Below are positions 10,163 to 19,396 of a stretch of 64,000 nucleotides of DNA, in pieces (the stretch's first letter is position 1; each line of letters opens with the position of its first letter). The translations under genes were made by a program, and so were the position numbers. The notes under the pieces were generated by a model, which saw nothing but the letters and a program-made list of their open reading frames with translations, searched no databases and was not told the DNA's origin. The stretch comes from Candidatus Hydrogenedentota bacterium (lineage in GTDB: Bacteria > Hydrogenedentota > Hydrogenedentia > Hydrogenedentales > SLHB01): assembly GCA_963745075.1 (NCBI GenBank), contig CAVUWV010000018.1, forward strand, positions 224,001 to 288,000, read 5' to 3'.

Positions 10163-10687
10163 TCAATCGGCAAACGTCGGCGTTGTCAGCGATTGAAGGA
10201 ATTGCGATACATCGGAGGGTCGCGTCAACCGGATTGCTGTTTGCGTTCGATCCAATGCAGAAAGTGCACTTTCAATCCTGGGACGTTCATTTCGGGGAAA
10301 AGCCCAGACGTACATGAGAAACTCCCAATCGAATTGTTCGGGGCAGTTATCGGCCAGATCGGGCCGGGTTTTGCCGTAAGTCAAAACGATGCGTTTCAGA
10401 ATGCGGTACAGTGCAATTCTTCGCGGGAAGTCCAGGTAAATGACGGTATCCGCGCGGGGCAAACGGACGTGCAGGGTTGAAGAGTAGCTACCATCGACGA
10501 TCCACCGGTCGCCGTTCACAAGTTCCTGGACACGATTGCGCCACCATTCCGGGTCCGGAGTATTCCACCCCGGCTGCCAGAATTCCTGGTCCAGGTGTAC
10601 GAGAGGAAGACCAAGCCGCGATGCCAACTCGCGCGCAAGCGTGGATTTCCCCGCGCCACAGATACCGACAATCAGAATGCGTTGCAT
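10163..10687 (-). CDS. FlaR/topology-modulation-like P-loop kinase (adenylate kinase-like)
   Basis: MQRILIVGICGAGKSTLA, HLDQEFWQPGW, WIVDGSY, RADTVIYLD. Confidence 0.85.
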   Translation of the reverse strand: MQRILIVGICGAGKSTLARELASRLGLPLVHLDQEFWQPGWNTPDPEWWRNRVQELVNGDRWIVDGSYSSTLHVRLPRADTVIYLDFPRRIALYRILKRIVLTYGKTRPDLADNCPEQFDWEFLMYVWAFPRNERPRIESALSALDRTQTAIRLTRPSDVSQFLQSLTTPTFAD

Positions 10688-10712
10688 GGGCGATATCATA
10701 GCAGAGTGGATC

Positions 10713-10801
10713 GTAGACGCGGCTTCCAGCCGCGTTGATTCTTTAGCGCTACGGATGGGTCTCAGATCTGATGATCTAACGCGGCTGGAAGCCGCGTCTA
10801 C
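10713..10801. repeat. GTAG-type REP doublet (24-bp perfect inverted repeat)
   Basis: GTAGACGCGGCTTCCAGCCGCGTT (10713-10736) and its exact reverse complement (10778-10801); each arm is itself a hairpin. Confidence 0.85.
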
Positions 10802-10871
10802 ACTAAGCTTCGGTCTTCGGCTGTTTTCCGGTAGTATGGGCGTCCAGCCACGCGCGAGGAGGGAGCCCGAT

Positions 10872-11642
10872 TTGGTTATCGATTGCCACATGCACGTCCG
10901 CATGGGTGCGGACGGAAATCTCGACGAGCAATACTGCGACTGGACCATCGAGGCGGGCGACTTGCTCGGGATTGACGTGTTTTGCGTGTCGGATCTGCAA
11001 CTGACGGGCGACTTGCGTTACGAAGATTTTCACGGGGCCAATGACCGGGTCGCCGCAGCGGTGGCGCGCCATCCGGATCGGTATCGGGGGTATTGTTACG
11101 TCAACCCCGGTGATCCACGGGCGGTCGAAGAAGTGAAGCAGCGCGTGCGGGATGAAGGGTTTGTTGGGGTCAAGTTGTACAACCAGTACTTCATCGACGA
11201 CCCCGTGGTAGAGCCCATTCTGAGACTCGCGAGCGAGTGGCAAATCCCCGTGTTGGCGCATGCGGGATACCTGACCGATGCCGCCAGCAAAGCGCGTCAA
11301 CCGTATACGAGCCATTCGGGTCACTTTGCCAACGCGGCGAAACGGTTTCCGGAAGCGATGCTGATCGAAGGCCATATCGGCGGCGGGGGCGACTGGGAGT
11401 GGGCACTGAAGCATCTGCGGGAAGCGCCGTCCGTCTACCTCGACACGTCGGGCAGCGGGATCGACGAATGGATGATCGACCGGTGCGTCGAGGAGATAGG
11501 CGTCGAACGGCTGCTCTTTGCGACGGACATGACCATGGAAGGCTCGGTCGGCAAAGTGCTCGACGCGGATCTCACTAATGCGCAGCGAAAGAGAATTCTC
11601 GGCGAGAATTTTCAGGCGATACTCGATCGGAGGGCGGTCTGA
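10872..11642 (+). CDS. Amidohydrolase-family protein
   Basis: IDCHMH, GVKLY, PVLAHAG, GHIGGGG, VYLDTSGS, RLLFATD. TTG start after GGAGGGAG; ATG 10836 is an alternative start. Confidence 0.85.
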   Translation: MVIDCHMHVRMGADGNLDEQYCDWTIEAGDLLGIDVFCVSDLQLTGDLRYEDFHGANDRVAAAVARHPDRYRGYCYVNPGDPRAVEEVKQRVRDEGFVGVKLYNQYFIDDPVVEPILRLASEWQIPVLAHAGYLTDAASKARQPYTSHSGHFANAAKRFPEAMLIEGHIGGGGDWEWALKHLREAPSVYLDTSGSGIDEWMIDRCVEEIGVERLLFATDMTMEGSVGKVLDADLTNAQRKRILGENFQAILDRRAV

Positions 11643-12463
11643 TGCCGGATTATCGCCCTCTGTTCGGCAACGGCATTATCGACTGCAACACGTATCTCGG
11701 CAACTGGGCGTTCCGCCGGTTGCGCCGCAACGACGCGGCAAGCCTTATCGCGATGATGGACACGTTCGGCATCTGGCGCGCCTGCGTAGCCTCGGCTGAC
11801 GCAATTCTCTACCGGGACCCCCAGCCCGGCAACGTGAAACTGCGTGAAGACGCCGACGAATTGCGGGACCGATTGTGGCTGTACGCGACAATCAACCCCA
11901 CGTATGCGGGGTGGGAGCGGGACTTGCGCCAATGTGTGGATTGGGGTTTCAGCGCGGTGCGCCTCTATCCCATCTACCATAACTACGGGCTCGACAGTGC
12001 CGAGTGCGCACGTGCCGTCGATGCGGCGCGCGAAGCAGGGCTTCCCGTCTCTATCCCATGCCGCGTGGAGGACGTGCGGCAACGCCACTGGATGGACCGC
12101 TTTGAGGACGTGGATCCCACGGACGCGCTGCGCCTGGCGGAAGCGAACTCGGAGACGGATTTCATCCTGGCGGAAAGCCTGCTGAGTTGGCCTGCGGACA
12201 GCGACCTGTGGAAGCGCATGCGCGACACACGGATTCATGTCGAACTGAGCCGCATGACCGCCCTCATGGAACGCCCACTTCAGATCGCCGTGAACGCTCT
12301 CGACGCAGATCGTGTGCTGTTCGGCACAGGCTTCCCCTTCAAAACCCCCTCCCCCGCTTTCCTGAAGCTGCAAGTGCTGGAGGCGGACGAAAACGAGAAG
12401 GCGGCTATCGCGGGGGGAAATGCCGTCCGCTTGCTGGAAGCGCGGGAACCGACCGTCGGGTGA
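11642..12463 (+). CDS. Amidohydrolase-family protein with degenerate metal ligands
   Basis: IDCNTYLG in place of DxHxH, AVRLYPIYH, DRVLFGTGFP, IAGGNA; TGATG overlap with the previous gene. Confidence 0.8.
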   Translation: MPDYRPLFGNGIIDCNTYLGNWAFRRLRRNDAASLIAMMDTFGIWRACVASADAILYRDPQPGNVKLREDADELRDRLWLYATINPTYAGWERDLRQCVDWGFSAVRLYPIYHNYGLDSAECARAVDAAREAGLPVSIPCRVEDVRQRHWMDRFEDVDPTDALRLAEANSETDFILAESLLSWPADSDLWKRMRDTRIHVELSRMTALMERPLQIAVNALDADRVLFGTGFPFKTPSPAFLKLQVLEADENEKAAIAGGNAVRLLEAREPTVG

Positions 12464-12485
12464 CCCGAATGGGTGGTCACCTTTT
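12459..12485 (+). terminator. Possible intrinsic terminator
   Basis: GGTGACC...GGTCACC stem followed by TTTT. Confidence 0.4.
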
Positions 12486-12530
12486 GCCCCGTCAATGCCT
12501 CTATCTAACAAAGACGGGGAGGCACAAGCG

Positions 12531-15500
12531 ATGTGGTGGATATCGAAAACCAAGAGCGATAACGAGATTGTCCGGCGCGTGTTGCAGGGACGGCGCGACG
12601 AGTTTGGGTTGCTGGTCGAGCGATACTTGCCTTCGATCCGCGCCGTGGCCTACGCGCGTACCGGCAACTTTGCCGACGCCCAGGACATCGCGCAAGAGAC
12701 CTTTATCAAGGCCTACGAGCGCCTGAACACGCTCCGGGACGTGGCCTGCCTGGGCGCGTGGCTGGCGACCATGGCGCGGAATGAGGCGTCACGGCTCACC
12801 CGGCAGGCCAGCCATCGGGACGATCTCCTTCGGCGCAACGCCGCATCGCAAGAGGCCGTCATTCCCGAAGTCGAGCGCCGGGAACTCCGGGATCTCTTGC
12901 ACAGCCAAATCCAGAGCCTGCCGGAAGATCATCGGGAGGTGCTGCTCCTCCATTACTTCGCCGGGAAACGGGCCCGCGAAATCGCCGCAGTGCAGGGGAT
13001 ATCGACGGACGCCGTCAAGAAGCGGCTCCAACGTGCACGTGAAGCATTGAGCAAATCAATGACGGCACAGTTGCCGGACCTTTTGGAGACGGGGGACGCC
13101 CGAAAGCGGTCGGCGGCGAAGGTCATGGGCCTCATCGCGCTGGCCAGCCCCCCGTGGCAAGCGGCGAGTGCCACGGCCACGGGTGCGGCTGCAACGGCAG
13201 GTGGCACACTGCTAGCCATTAAGGCATCGCTAATTGCCCTGGCGATTGCCGGCATTGCCGGTCCGCTGCTGTGGTACCAGCTTGCGCCGGAATCCCCGGC
13301 ACCGACCGGGAATGCAGTCACGACGGAGGCTCTGCCCGCGACTACCCCCGTCGCGCAAACTGTGCAAGCTTCGGCCACGGAGGCCGGCTCCGATGAGCAA
13401 TCGTCCACAGCGGTGGGCAGCACGAGGACAGCCATCGGGGCGGTCGCGGTGCCCGGGACCTCGGGCGGCAGCATAACCGGTCGCGTATTCGATCGCGACA
13501 CGGACGCGGGCATCGCCGGAGTTCATGTCTGGGCAACACCGGTCGCTGATGACGGTGCCGTGGCTGGCCCGGCGGGTGGTATAAAAGCCTTGACTGGTGC
13601 CGACGGCCGCTACGTGTTGGAGGGCTTCGCGGAAGGCACGTATCGCGTCGCACGTTCGGATCCGGATGGGTACCGTTCCGAGCTGGGACGGGACGAGCAG
13701 GACCTTCTCATGGGTCCCGGAGAGATGAAAGAAGGTATCGACTTTGCCCTTGTTCGGGGCTACTCCGTTTCGGGAACAGTTGTGGACCAACACGGTAAAC
13801 CGGTCTCCAAAGCGGAACTCTACGTACAAGCGGGTGACCGGCCCATATCGATTGGGGCGAAGTCGAACAAGGACGGGAAATTCGTGGTGAAGAATCTGCC
13901 ACCGACCCACACGTTGCGCCTCCAAGCCCACACGGCAAAAGACGCCCCGGACATGCCCTTTCAGAGCGAGGTCATGGGGCCGCTGGAAATCCTAGACGCC
14001 GACTTGGAGGGGCTCGTGGTCGAGCTGAGGCAACCTTGCGACCGGCGCATTACCGGAATCGTCGTCTCTGAGGATGGCGCTCCCCTGGTAAGCATCCGCG
14101 TTTACGCGATGCCCGGGGACTATCGCTCGTTTCCATCCGGCGGTGAATCGGATCAAAACGGGCGTTTCGAAATAGAGGCTCTCGCCGCCGGCCGCTACAA
14201 ACTGGCCTTGCAACGTGCGGGGACCTCCACTTGGTCCGTCTCACCGGACACGCCGTCCTATGAGGTGCATCCCGACGCCGATCTCGAAGACGTGCGCCTC
14301 GTCCTGGATACGCAGGATCGGCTGAGTATATCCGGTCGGGTCGTGGATGCCTCGGGTAATCCGGCAACCGGTGCAGATGTTATGGTGCGGGCGCGACACC
14401 TATCCAAAAGCCAGAGGCTTGAAACCGAAAACGACGGAAGGTATTCCATCGCGGGTCTGGCAGAAGGCACCTACGAAGTCAGCGTAACCCATGAGAAACT
14501 CACTGGTCAGGAACGACAGGGCGTGCCGGCGGGAAGCACTGGCGTGGACTTCATCCTTCAGGAGCGCGGCGCAATCGCGGGCCATGTGGTTGATGCGGAC
14601 ACGGGAAAACCCATCGAGGCCTTCTCCATCAACCCGACGACGGTCATGGAATCGGCGTTTCCGGGTGGCGGTACGTCGAGCCGGTACTCCTCACCCGGGT
14701 TTCTGGAGGTCCGCAGCAAGAACGGCGAGTTCCTGCTGTTCGGCCGCGAGGCGCGCAAGACCATCGTGACCGCGCAGGCGCCGGGCTACTCGCCCGAAAA
14801 GGTCGAGGTCGTGGTTGTTCCGGGGAAAACCACTTCCGGAATATCGATTGCCCTGGAACGGGGTCAACCCTTGTCGGGCCGTGTCGTCAATGAGGCGGGG
14901 ATGCCCGTCCCCGGCGCGCTCCTGTACTGGAATAGCGTCCCCCACGATCCAGAGCGCAATGCCGCCGCTCGGACGGACAGGGATGGCCAATTCATCGTAG
15001 AGGTGCTGGCTCCGGATGTGAGGCGGATCCTGGCGTACCACCCGGACTATGCCATCGCCATAGAGGATTTCCCCGCGCACGAAGTCCGGCCGTTGGAGAT
15101 TGTGCTGCAAAGCGGCGCCACGGTTCAGGGATTCGTGCGCCTCGATGGCGAAGGGGTCGCCAATGCGCGCCTCTCCCTGACCTATTGGAGGATCGGTGGT
15201 TTCCTCAGCGACCTCACGACGCAATCCGGGCCTGATGGAAGCTACGCGTTTACCCACGTCAACGAGACAGACGTTCGCGTCACCGCCAGCATCCCGGTTA
15301 CAGGAGGCCAAGGCGCGCAAAGGTCGTTCTTCCGCGAGGCCGTCGCCAATCCCGAAGCGCCGGTTATCTTGGACTTCGATTTTGGAGCGCTGACCGCGAG
15401 TCTGGAGGGAACGGTCACCTTGCACGGTACGGTGCCGATAAAGACTTGGATATCCCTGGCCATGCATGATGACGGCGCGAAAGAGTATTTTCGAACGAGC

Positions 15501-15956
15501 GCGGATGCCGCAGGGTACTATGTGATTGAGAATATCCCTTCGGGTCCCGGGGAACTAGAAGTGTGGGCCGAAGACGGCGATCTGCGCAGCCGCAAGATCG
15601 TGCCGGTCATCGTCCCGTCCGGCCAATCGTCGCGGTTGGATGTTGATCTGGCCGGAAGCGCATCGCTCCTGATCAACATGTTGAGTGCCAACACGGGAGC
15701 CTCGCCCACGATCTATCTGTTACCTTACGAAACGCAGCTTCCCCCCGATCCCATCTCGCCGAACATCATGCAGAACTGGGATGCCGTAGCCACCAGCGTC
15801 TGGGAAGCGGGCGACGCGCGCACGATTCGCATCGACCGGCTGGAACGCGGCACCTACACAGCGGTGGCCGTCTGGGACCTCAGCGCCGACACCATGCTCG
15901 CAAGCGCCGCGACCGTGACCTTGGAGGACGGCGAGTCCCAAGAGATAGATCTTTAA
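12531..15956 (+). CDS. ECF sigma-70 factor fused to a TM helix and tandem carboxypeptidase-regulatory-like domains
   Basis: Sigma2 (DAQDIAQETFIKAY...AWL) and sigma4 (LPEDHREVLLLHY...AVKKRLQRAR); TM ASLIALAIAGIAGPLLW; repeated ITG/ISG-x-V-x-D...DG-x-F/Y...L-x-x-G-x-Y units; RBS GGGGAGG. Confidence 0.85.
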   Translation: MWWISKTKSDNEIVRRVLQGRRDEFGLLVERYLPSIRAVAYARTGNFADAQDIAQETFIKAYERLNTLRDVACLGAWLATMARNEASRLTRQASHRDDLLRRNAASQEAVIPEVERRELRDLLHSQIQSLPEDHREVLLLHYFAGKRAREIAAVQGISTDAVKKRLQRAREALSKSMTAQLPDLLETGDARKRSAAKVMGLIALASPPWQAASATATGAAATAGGTLLAIKASLIALAIAGIAGPLLWYQLAPESPAPTGNAVTTEALPATTPVAQTVQASATEAGSDEQSSTAVGSTRTAIGAVAVPGTSGGSITGRVFDRDTDAGIAGVHVWATPVADDGAVAGPAGGIKALTGADGRYVLEGFAEGTYRVARSDPDGYRSELGRDEQDLLMGPGEMKEGIDFALVRGYSVSGTVVDQHGKPVSKAELYVQAGDRPISIGAKSNKDGKFVVKNLPPTHTLRLQAHTAKDAPDMPFQSEVMGPLEILDADLEGLVVELRQPCDRRITGIVVSEDGAPLVSIRVYAMPGDYRSFPSGGESDQNGRFEIEALAAGRYKLALQRAGTSTWSVSPDTPSYEVHPDADLEDVRLVLDTQDRLSISGRVVDASGNPATGADVMVRARHLSKSQRLETENDGRYSIAGLAEGTYEVSVTHEKLTGQERQGVPAGSTGVDFILQERGAIAGHVVDADTGKPIEAFSINPTTVMESAFPGGGTSSRYSSPGFLEVRSKNGEFLLFGREARKTIVTAQAPGYSPEKVEVVVVPGKTTSGISIALERGQPLSGRVVNEAGMPVPGALLYWNSVPHDPERNAAARTDRDGQFIVEVLAPDVRRILAYHPDYAIAIEDFPAHEVRPLEIVLQSGATVQGFVRLDGEGVANARLSLTYWRIGGFLSDLTTQSGPDGSYAFTHVNETDVRVTASIPVTGGQGAQRSFFREAVANPEAPVILDFDFGALTASLEGTVTLHGTVPIKTWISLAMHDDGAKEYFRTSADAAGYYVIENIPSGPGELEVWAEDGDLRSRKIVPVIVPSGQSSRLDVDLAGSASLLINMLSANTGASPTIYLLPYETQLPPDPISPNIMQNWDAVATSVWEAGDARTIRIDRLERGTYTAVAVWDLSADTMLASAATVTLEDGESQEIDL

Positions 15957-15966
15957 CTCACAATGT

Positions 15967-15998
15967 GAAGCGCCGGGCTCCGAAGAACCCGGCGCTTC
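15967..15998. terminator. Hairpin between convergent genes, probably a bidirectional terminator
   Basis: GAAGCGCCGGG / CCCGGCGCTTC, 11-bp stem. Confidence 0.6.
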
Positions 15999-16021
15999 GC
16001 GCGTGCAAGGGCGTCCGGCAA

Positions 16022-16802
16022 CTACGCCATGGTCGAGTCCGTCTGCGCCGTCCCCGTCTCCGTCGTGGCTTTCCCAGTCATCCGCGGGACGAACATCGGC
16101 GTCCGCTTCCGCCACTGCATGTAGGACCGGCCGTGCTCGTTCATGAGGTCGCGCTCTTCGAATTGGATGGCGACCAGGATGTACGCGGTGGTCATGACGG
16201 CGAACACAAAGTGGGCCGCGGTCATGGTCGGCGTGCCCCAGAAGGCGCAGAACCAACCCACGTACAACGGATGCCGAATGTACTTGTAGAAGAACGGCGT
16301 CCGAAACTTTCAACGGGGTGTACTCTTTGCCACGCAGGTGCAACCACACCTGACGCATGCCGAAGAGATCGAAATGGTTGATCATAAAGGTCGATGCCAA
16401 CACCATCAGCCATCCCAACGCGAACACGCCGTACATCAAGACCTTGCCAACGGGATGTTCGATGTGCCACACGGTGCCGCCCATGGGCTGCCACTGCCAG
16501 AACATCAAGGCCAACGCGGCATTCGTGAAGAGCACGTAGGTGCTCCGCTCGGCGGGTTTCGGAACGATCCGGGTCCACATCCGCTTGAATGCGGGCCGGG
16601 CCATGACGCTGTGTTGCAGCGCAAACACCGTCAGCAGTCCGACATTGACCGCCAGGGCCGCCCAGAACGTCATGCGCGGTTCCGCGTCGAGCGAATTCGA
16701 CACGATGGTGTTGCCGATGAATCCGACCGCGTACACAAACACGACCAGAAACATGACGTAACAGAACGTGCCATACAGAAAAACCATGATCCTACCTGAC
16801 AT
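16022..16802 (-). CDS. mddA: Methanethiol S-methyltransferase (MddA-like, ICMT family); +1 frameshift near 16308
   Basis: FALQHSVMARPAFK, ERSTYVL, INHFDLFGMRQV; after the shift FRTPFFYKYIRHPLYVGW...TPTMTAAH...YILVAIQFEERDL. Confidence 0.82.
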
Positions 16803-17016
16803 TGTTCTCGTGCCTCCCTCTCTTGGTGAAGGCCATCCAGAGCAACCGGTCCAGCAACCGCTGGGCCCGAACCAAGGCTTCCGGCGAACCGTCGCCGTTC
16901 CCTGAAGTTTCGATCTGCCCCTTCACCGGCACATCCCTTCCGATGATCGGGTCGAACACTTGCTCCTTCTGGGCCTTCGCATTCACCTTGCTTGAATTGT
17001 CTCTGTTCAATTTCAT
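16792..17016 (-). CDS. Small hypothetical protein upstream of mddA
   Basis: 74 aa; RBS GAAGGGG; stop overlaps the mddA start region; lies just downstream of the sigma54-like promoter. Confidence 0.5.
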   Translation of the reverse strand: MKLNRDNSSKVNAKAQKEQVFDPIIGRDVPVKGQIETSGNGDGSPEALVRAQRLLDRLLWMAFTKRGRHENNVR

Positions 17017-17078
17017 GTCCCCTTCGATACTGCTGTCGGGCCCCACGTGCCCGCGACTGGCGAGCACGTATGGAAGAA

Positions 17079-17095
17079 AACAAGTGGCGTGCCAA
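17079..17095 (-). promoter_or_regulatory. Sigma54 (-24/-12) promoter
   Basis: Minus strand TTGGCACGCCACTTGTT versus consensus TGGCACG-N4-TTGC, one deviation at -12; adjacent to a sigma54 activator gene. Confidence 0.7.
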
Positions 17096-17177
17096 GAAAA
17101 CGATCAACGACTATCATGCTGGGAGACAGAGATTTACAGAGACAACAGAGACAACCGGGACAGCAATAACAGATGGG

Positions 17178-17207
17178 GAGATTTCGCGACTTATGAGATC
17201 TCGCGAC
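17178..17207. promoter_or_regulatory. Candidate enhancer (UAS) direct repeat
   Basis: GAGATTTCGCGAC and GAGATCTCGCGAC, 17-nt period, about 85-110 nt upstream of the -24 box. Confidence 0.45.
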
Positions 17208-17275
17208 GGGCAGTCGAACGATTGCAGGCGAGACACCTGCGCTACATAAGCGCGTCCGTGCAGGTCCGTGTTCTT

Positions 17276-19209
17276 CTACGACACCCGTGGCCGCTGGATC
17301 CCCAGGGCTTTCATTCGTGAACTCAGCGTCGACGGATTCATTCCGAGCAGGCGTGCCGCGCCATTGTCTCCTGAGACGCGCCAGTCGACCGCGTCAAGCG
17401 CCCGGATAATGTTGGCCCGTTCGAGTTCCTGGAGTTCGGCGACAGTTTTGATCGAACCGTTGTCGGCGGAATTTATCGTGGTCGGCGTTATGACCTCACC
17501 AACGCCATCCGGCAGGGCGCGGGAAAGGTTTAACCTGCCGTCGCGCGCCGTGATAACCGCGCGCTCAATGACGTTCTGCAATTCGCGCACGTTGCCCGGC
17601 CACGAATAGGCTTTTAACCGACGTGCTTCTTCCGTCGTCAGCGGCTCGACGGTACGGCCGATTTCCTTGCCGTATTTCTCTGCGAAGGTCTTGGCGAGTA
17701 AGACGACATCATCGCCGCGGTCACGGAGCGGCGGGATTTCGAGGGGGAATACGTTCAGCCGATAGTACAAATCTTCGCGGAAAGTACCTTCGTCAATCGC
17801 CTGTTGCAGGCCCCGGTTCGTGGCGGCGATGACACGCACGTCAACTTTCCGGGTGTGGGCACTGCCGACCGGCTCGAATTCGCCTTCCTGCAACACGCGA
17901 AGCAATTTGGACTGCAAGTCGATGGGCAACTCCCCCACTTCGTCCAGGAAAATGGTTCCACCATCGGCGAGGGCGAACCGGCCATCGCGTTTCTGGGTCG
18001 CGCCCGTGAACGCACCTTTTTCGTGACCGAAGAATTCGCTTTCTATCAAGGTTGCCGGAATCGCGGCGCAGTTGACACGAATCAGCGGTTTGTCTTGCGC
18101 TTGCTGCGGCCGTGGATGGCACGCGCGATCAATTCCTTGCCCGTGCCCGTCTCGCCGAGAATCAGGACGGTAGCGTCGGTCCCCGCGACCTGCTCGATAT
18201 CCTGCGTGACGCGAAGGACCGGGTCGCTGTTGCCTATAATCTCGCCGAAATTGTGGAGCGCGCGAATTTCTTCACGGAGATATTCGGTCTGATTCGTGAG
18301 AACCTGGATACGGCGCTCGGCTTCGAGGCGGTCGTTGACATTGCGCAGAATGAGGGTATGGAAGGCTGCACCATGCATTTCGTAGCGCGACAACGTGGCT
18401 TCCGCTGCGAAGGATTCGCCCTGCACGTTGCGCGCGTCCAGTCCGCCTGCGATCCAAAGAAAGCGCTGGCCGTGGGGCCGCGCATCGAGTTCCTCGACTA
18501 ACGCACACAGCTTGTCTTTGCACTCGGTGGTAAGGAAACGCGCGAAGTTACTCCCTACCACATCATCGGAAGGCGCACCAAGGATCTTCTCAGCGGCCGG
18601 ATTCATCATGGTGATGGTGCAGTCGGCGTCGAGGTCGATGATGGCGTCCAGGGCGCTGTCGACGAGGCGGCCCAGCTTCTCCTCGCGCTCGCGCAAGTCG
18701 GCCTCGGCGCGCAACCGGCGGAGTTCCGCCCCCGCCCGGGCTGCAAAGATGCGGAAGAGCGCCTGAGCCTTCGGTTCCTTCGGCATGGGCCGGATGTCCA
18801 TGACGGCAACGTGCCCTAAGACCTTGCCGTCGATATCCAATAACGGCGCACCCATGTAACTGACGGCGCCGATCTTCTTCACGTCGGGATCGTCCGGGTA
18901 GAGTTCGAGAACATTCTCCTCGTAATGGACCAGCCGCGCTTCTTCGACGACCACCGCGCAGGGCGTGCCGTCGATCTTGTGCTCGTAGCCGTCGAGCCAT
19001 TCGCCGTTCATCCAGAAGGCCAGCGCGCGCAATTTACGGGACTCTTCGAGATATTCGGTGACCCATGCGCCGTACGTGTTCAATGCCTTGGCGAGATTCT
19101 CGACGAGCGCCGCGAAGAATCGGTCCCCGGTGGCAGTCGCCGTGCCTTCGAGGATCGTCTTCAGCGCTTCGTGTTCGTCGAGACCATGCAGGGGCGGCTG
19201 TTCAATCAT
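17276..19209 (-). CDS. Sigma54-dependent enhancer-binding protein (GAF-PAS-AAA+-HTH); frameshift near 18095
   Basis: [11 protein letters not shown]; after the shift [47 protein letters not shown]-terminal HTH; N-terminal GAF and PAS. Confidence 0.9.
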
Positions 19210-19396
19210 AAGCCGGACACTCCACCTTGTCCTCTCACCAGTGAGGACACCACACGGGACAGACCCTTATGATACACCACAGAAGCGACAATATCGCAAC
19301 CGGTTGTACTGACCCTGACCCACGCTCTTCGGGGCTCATTTCGCTATACTCAAAATGCAAGGCGTTTGGCTGAAGGCGGAGGAGGACATCGTTTCC

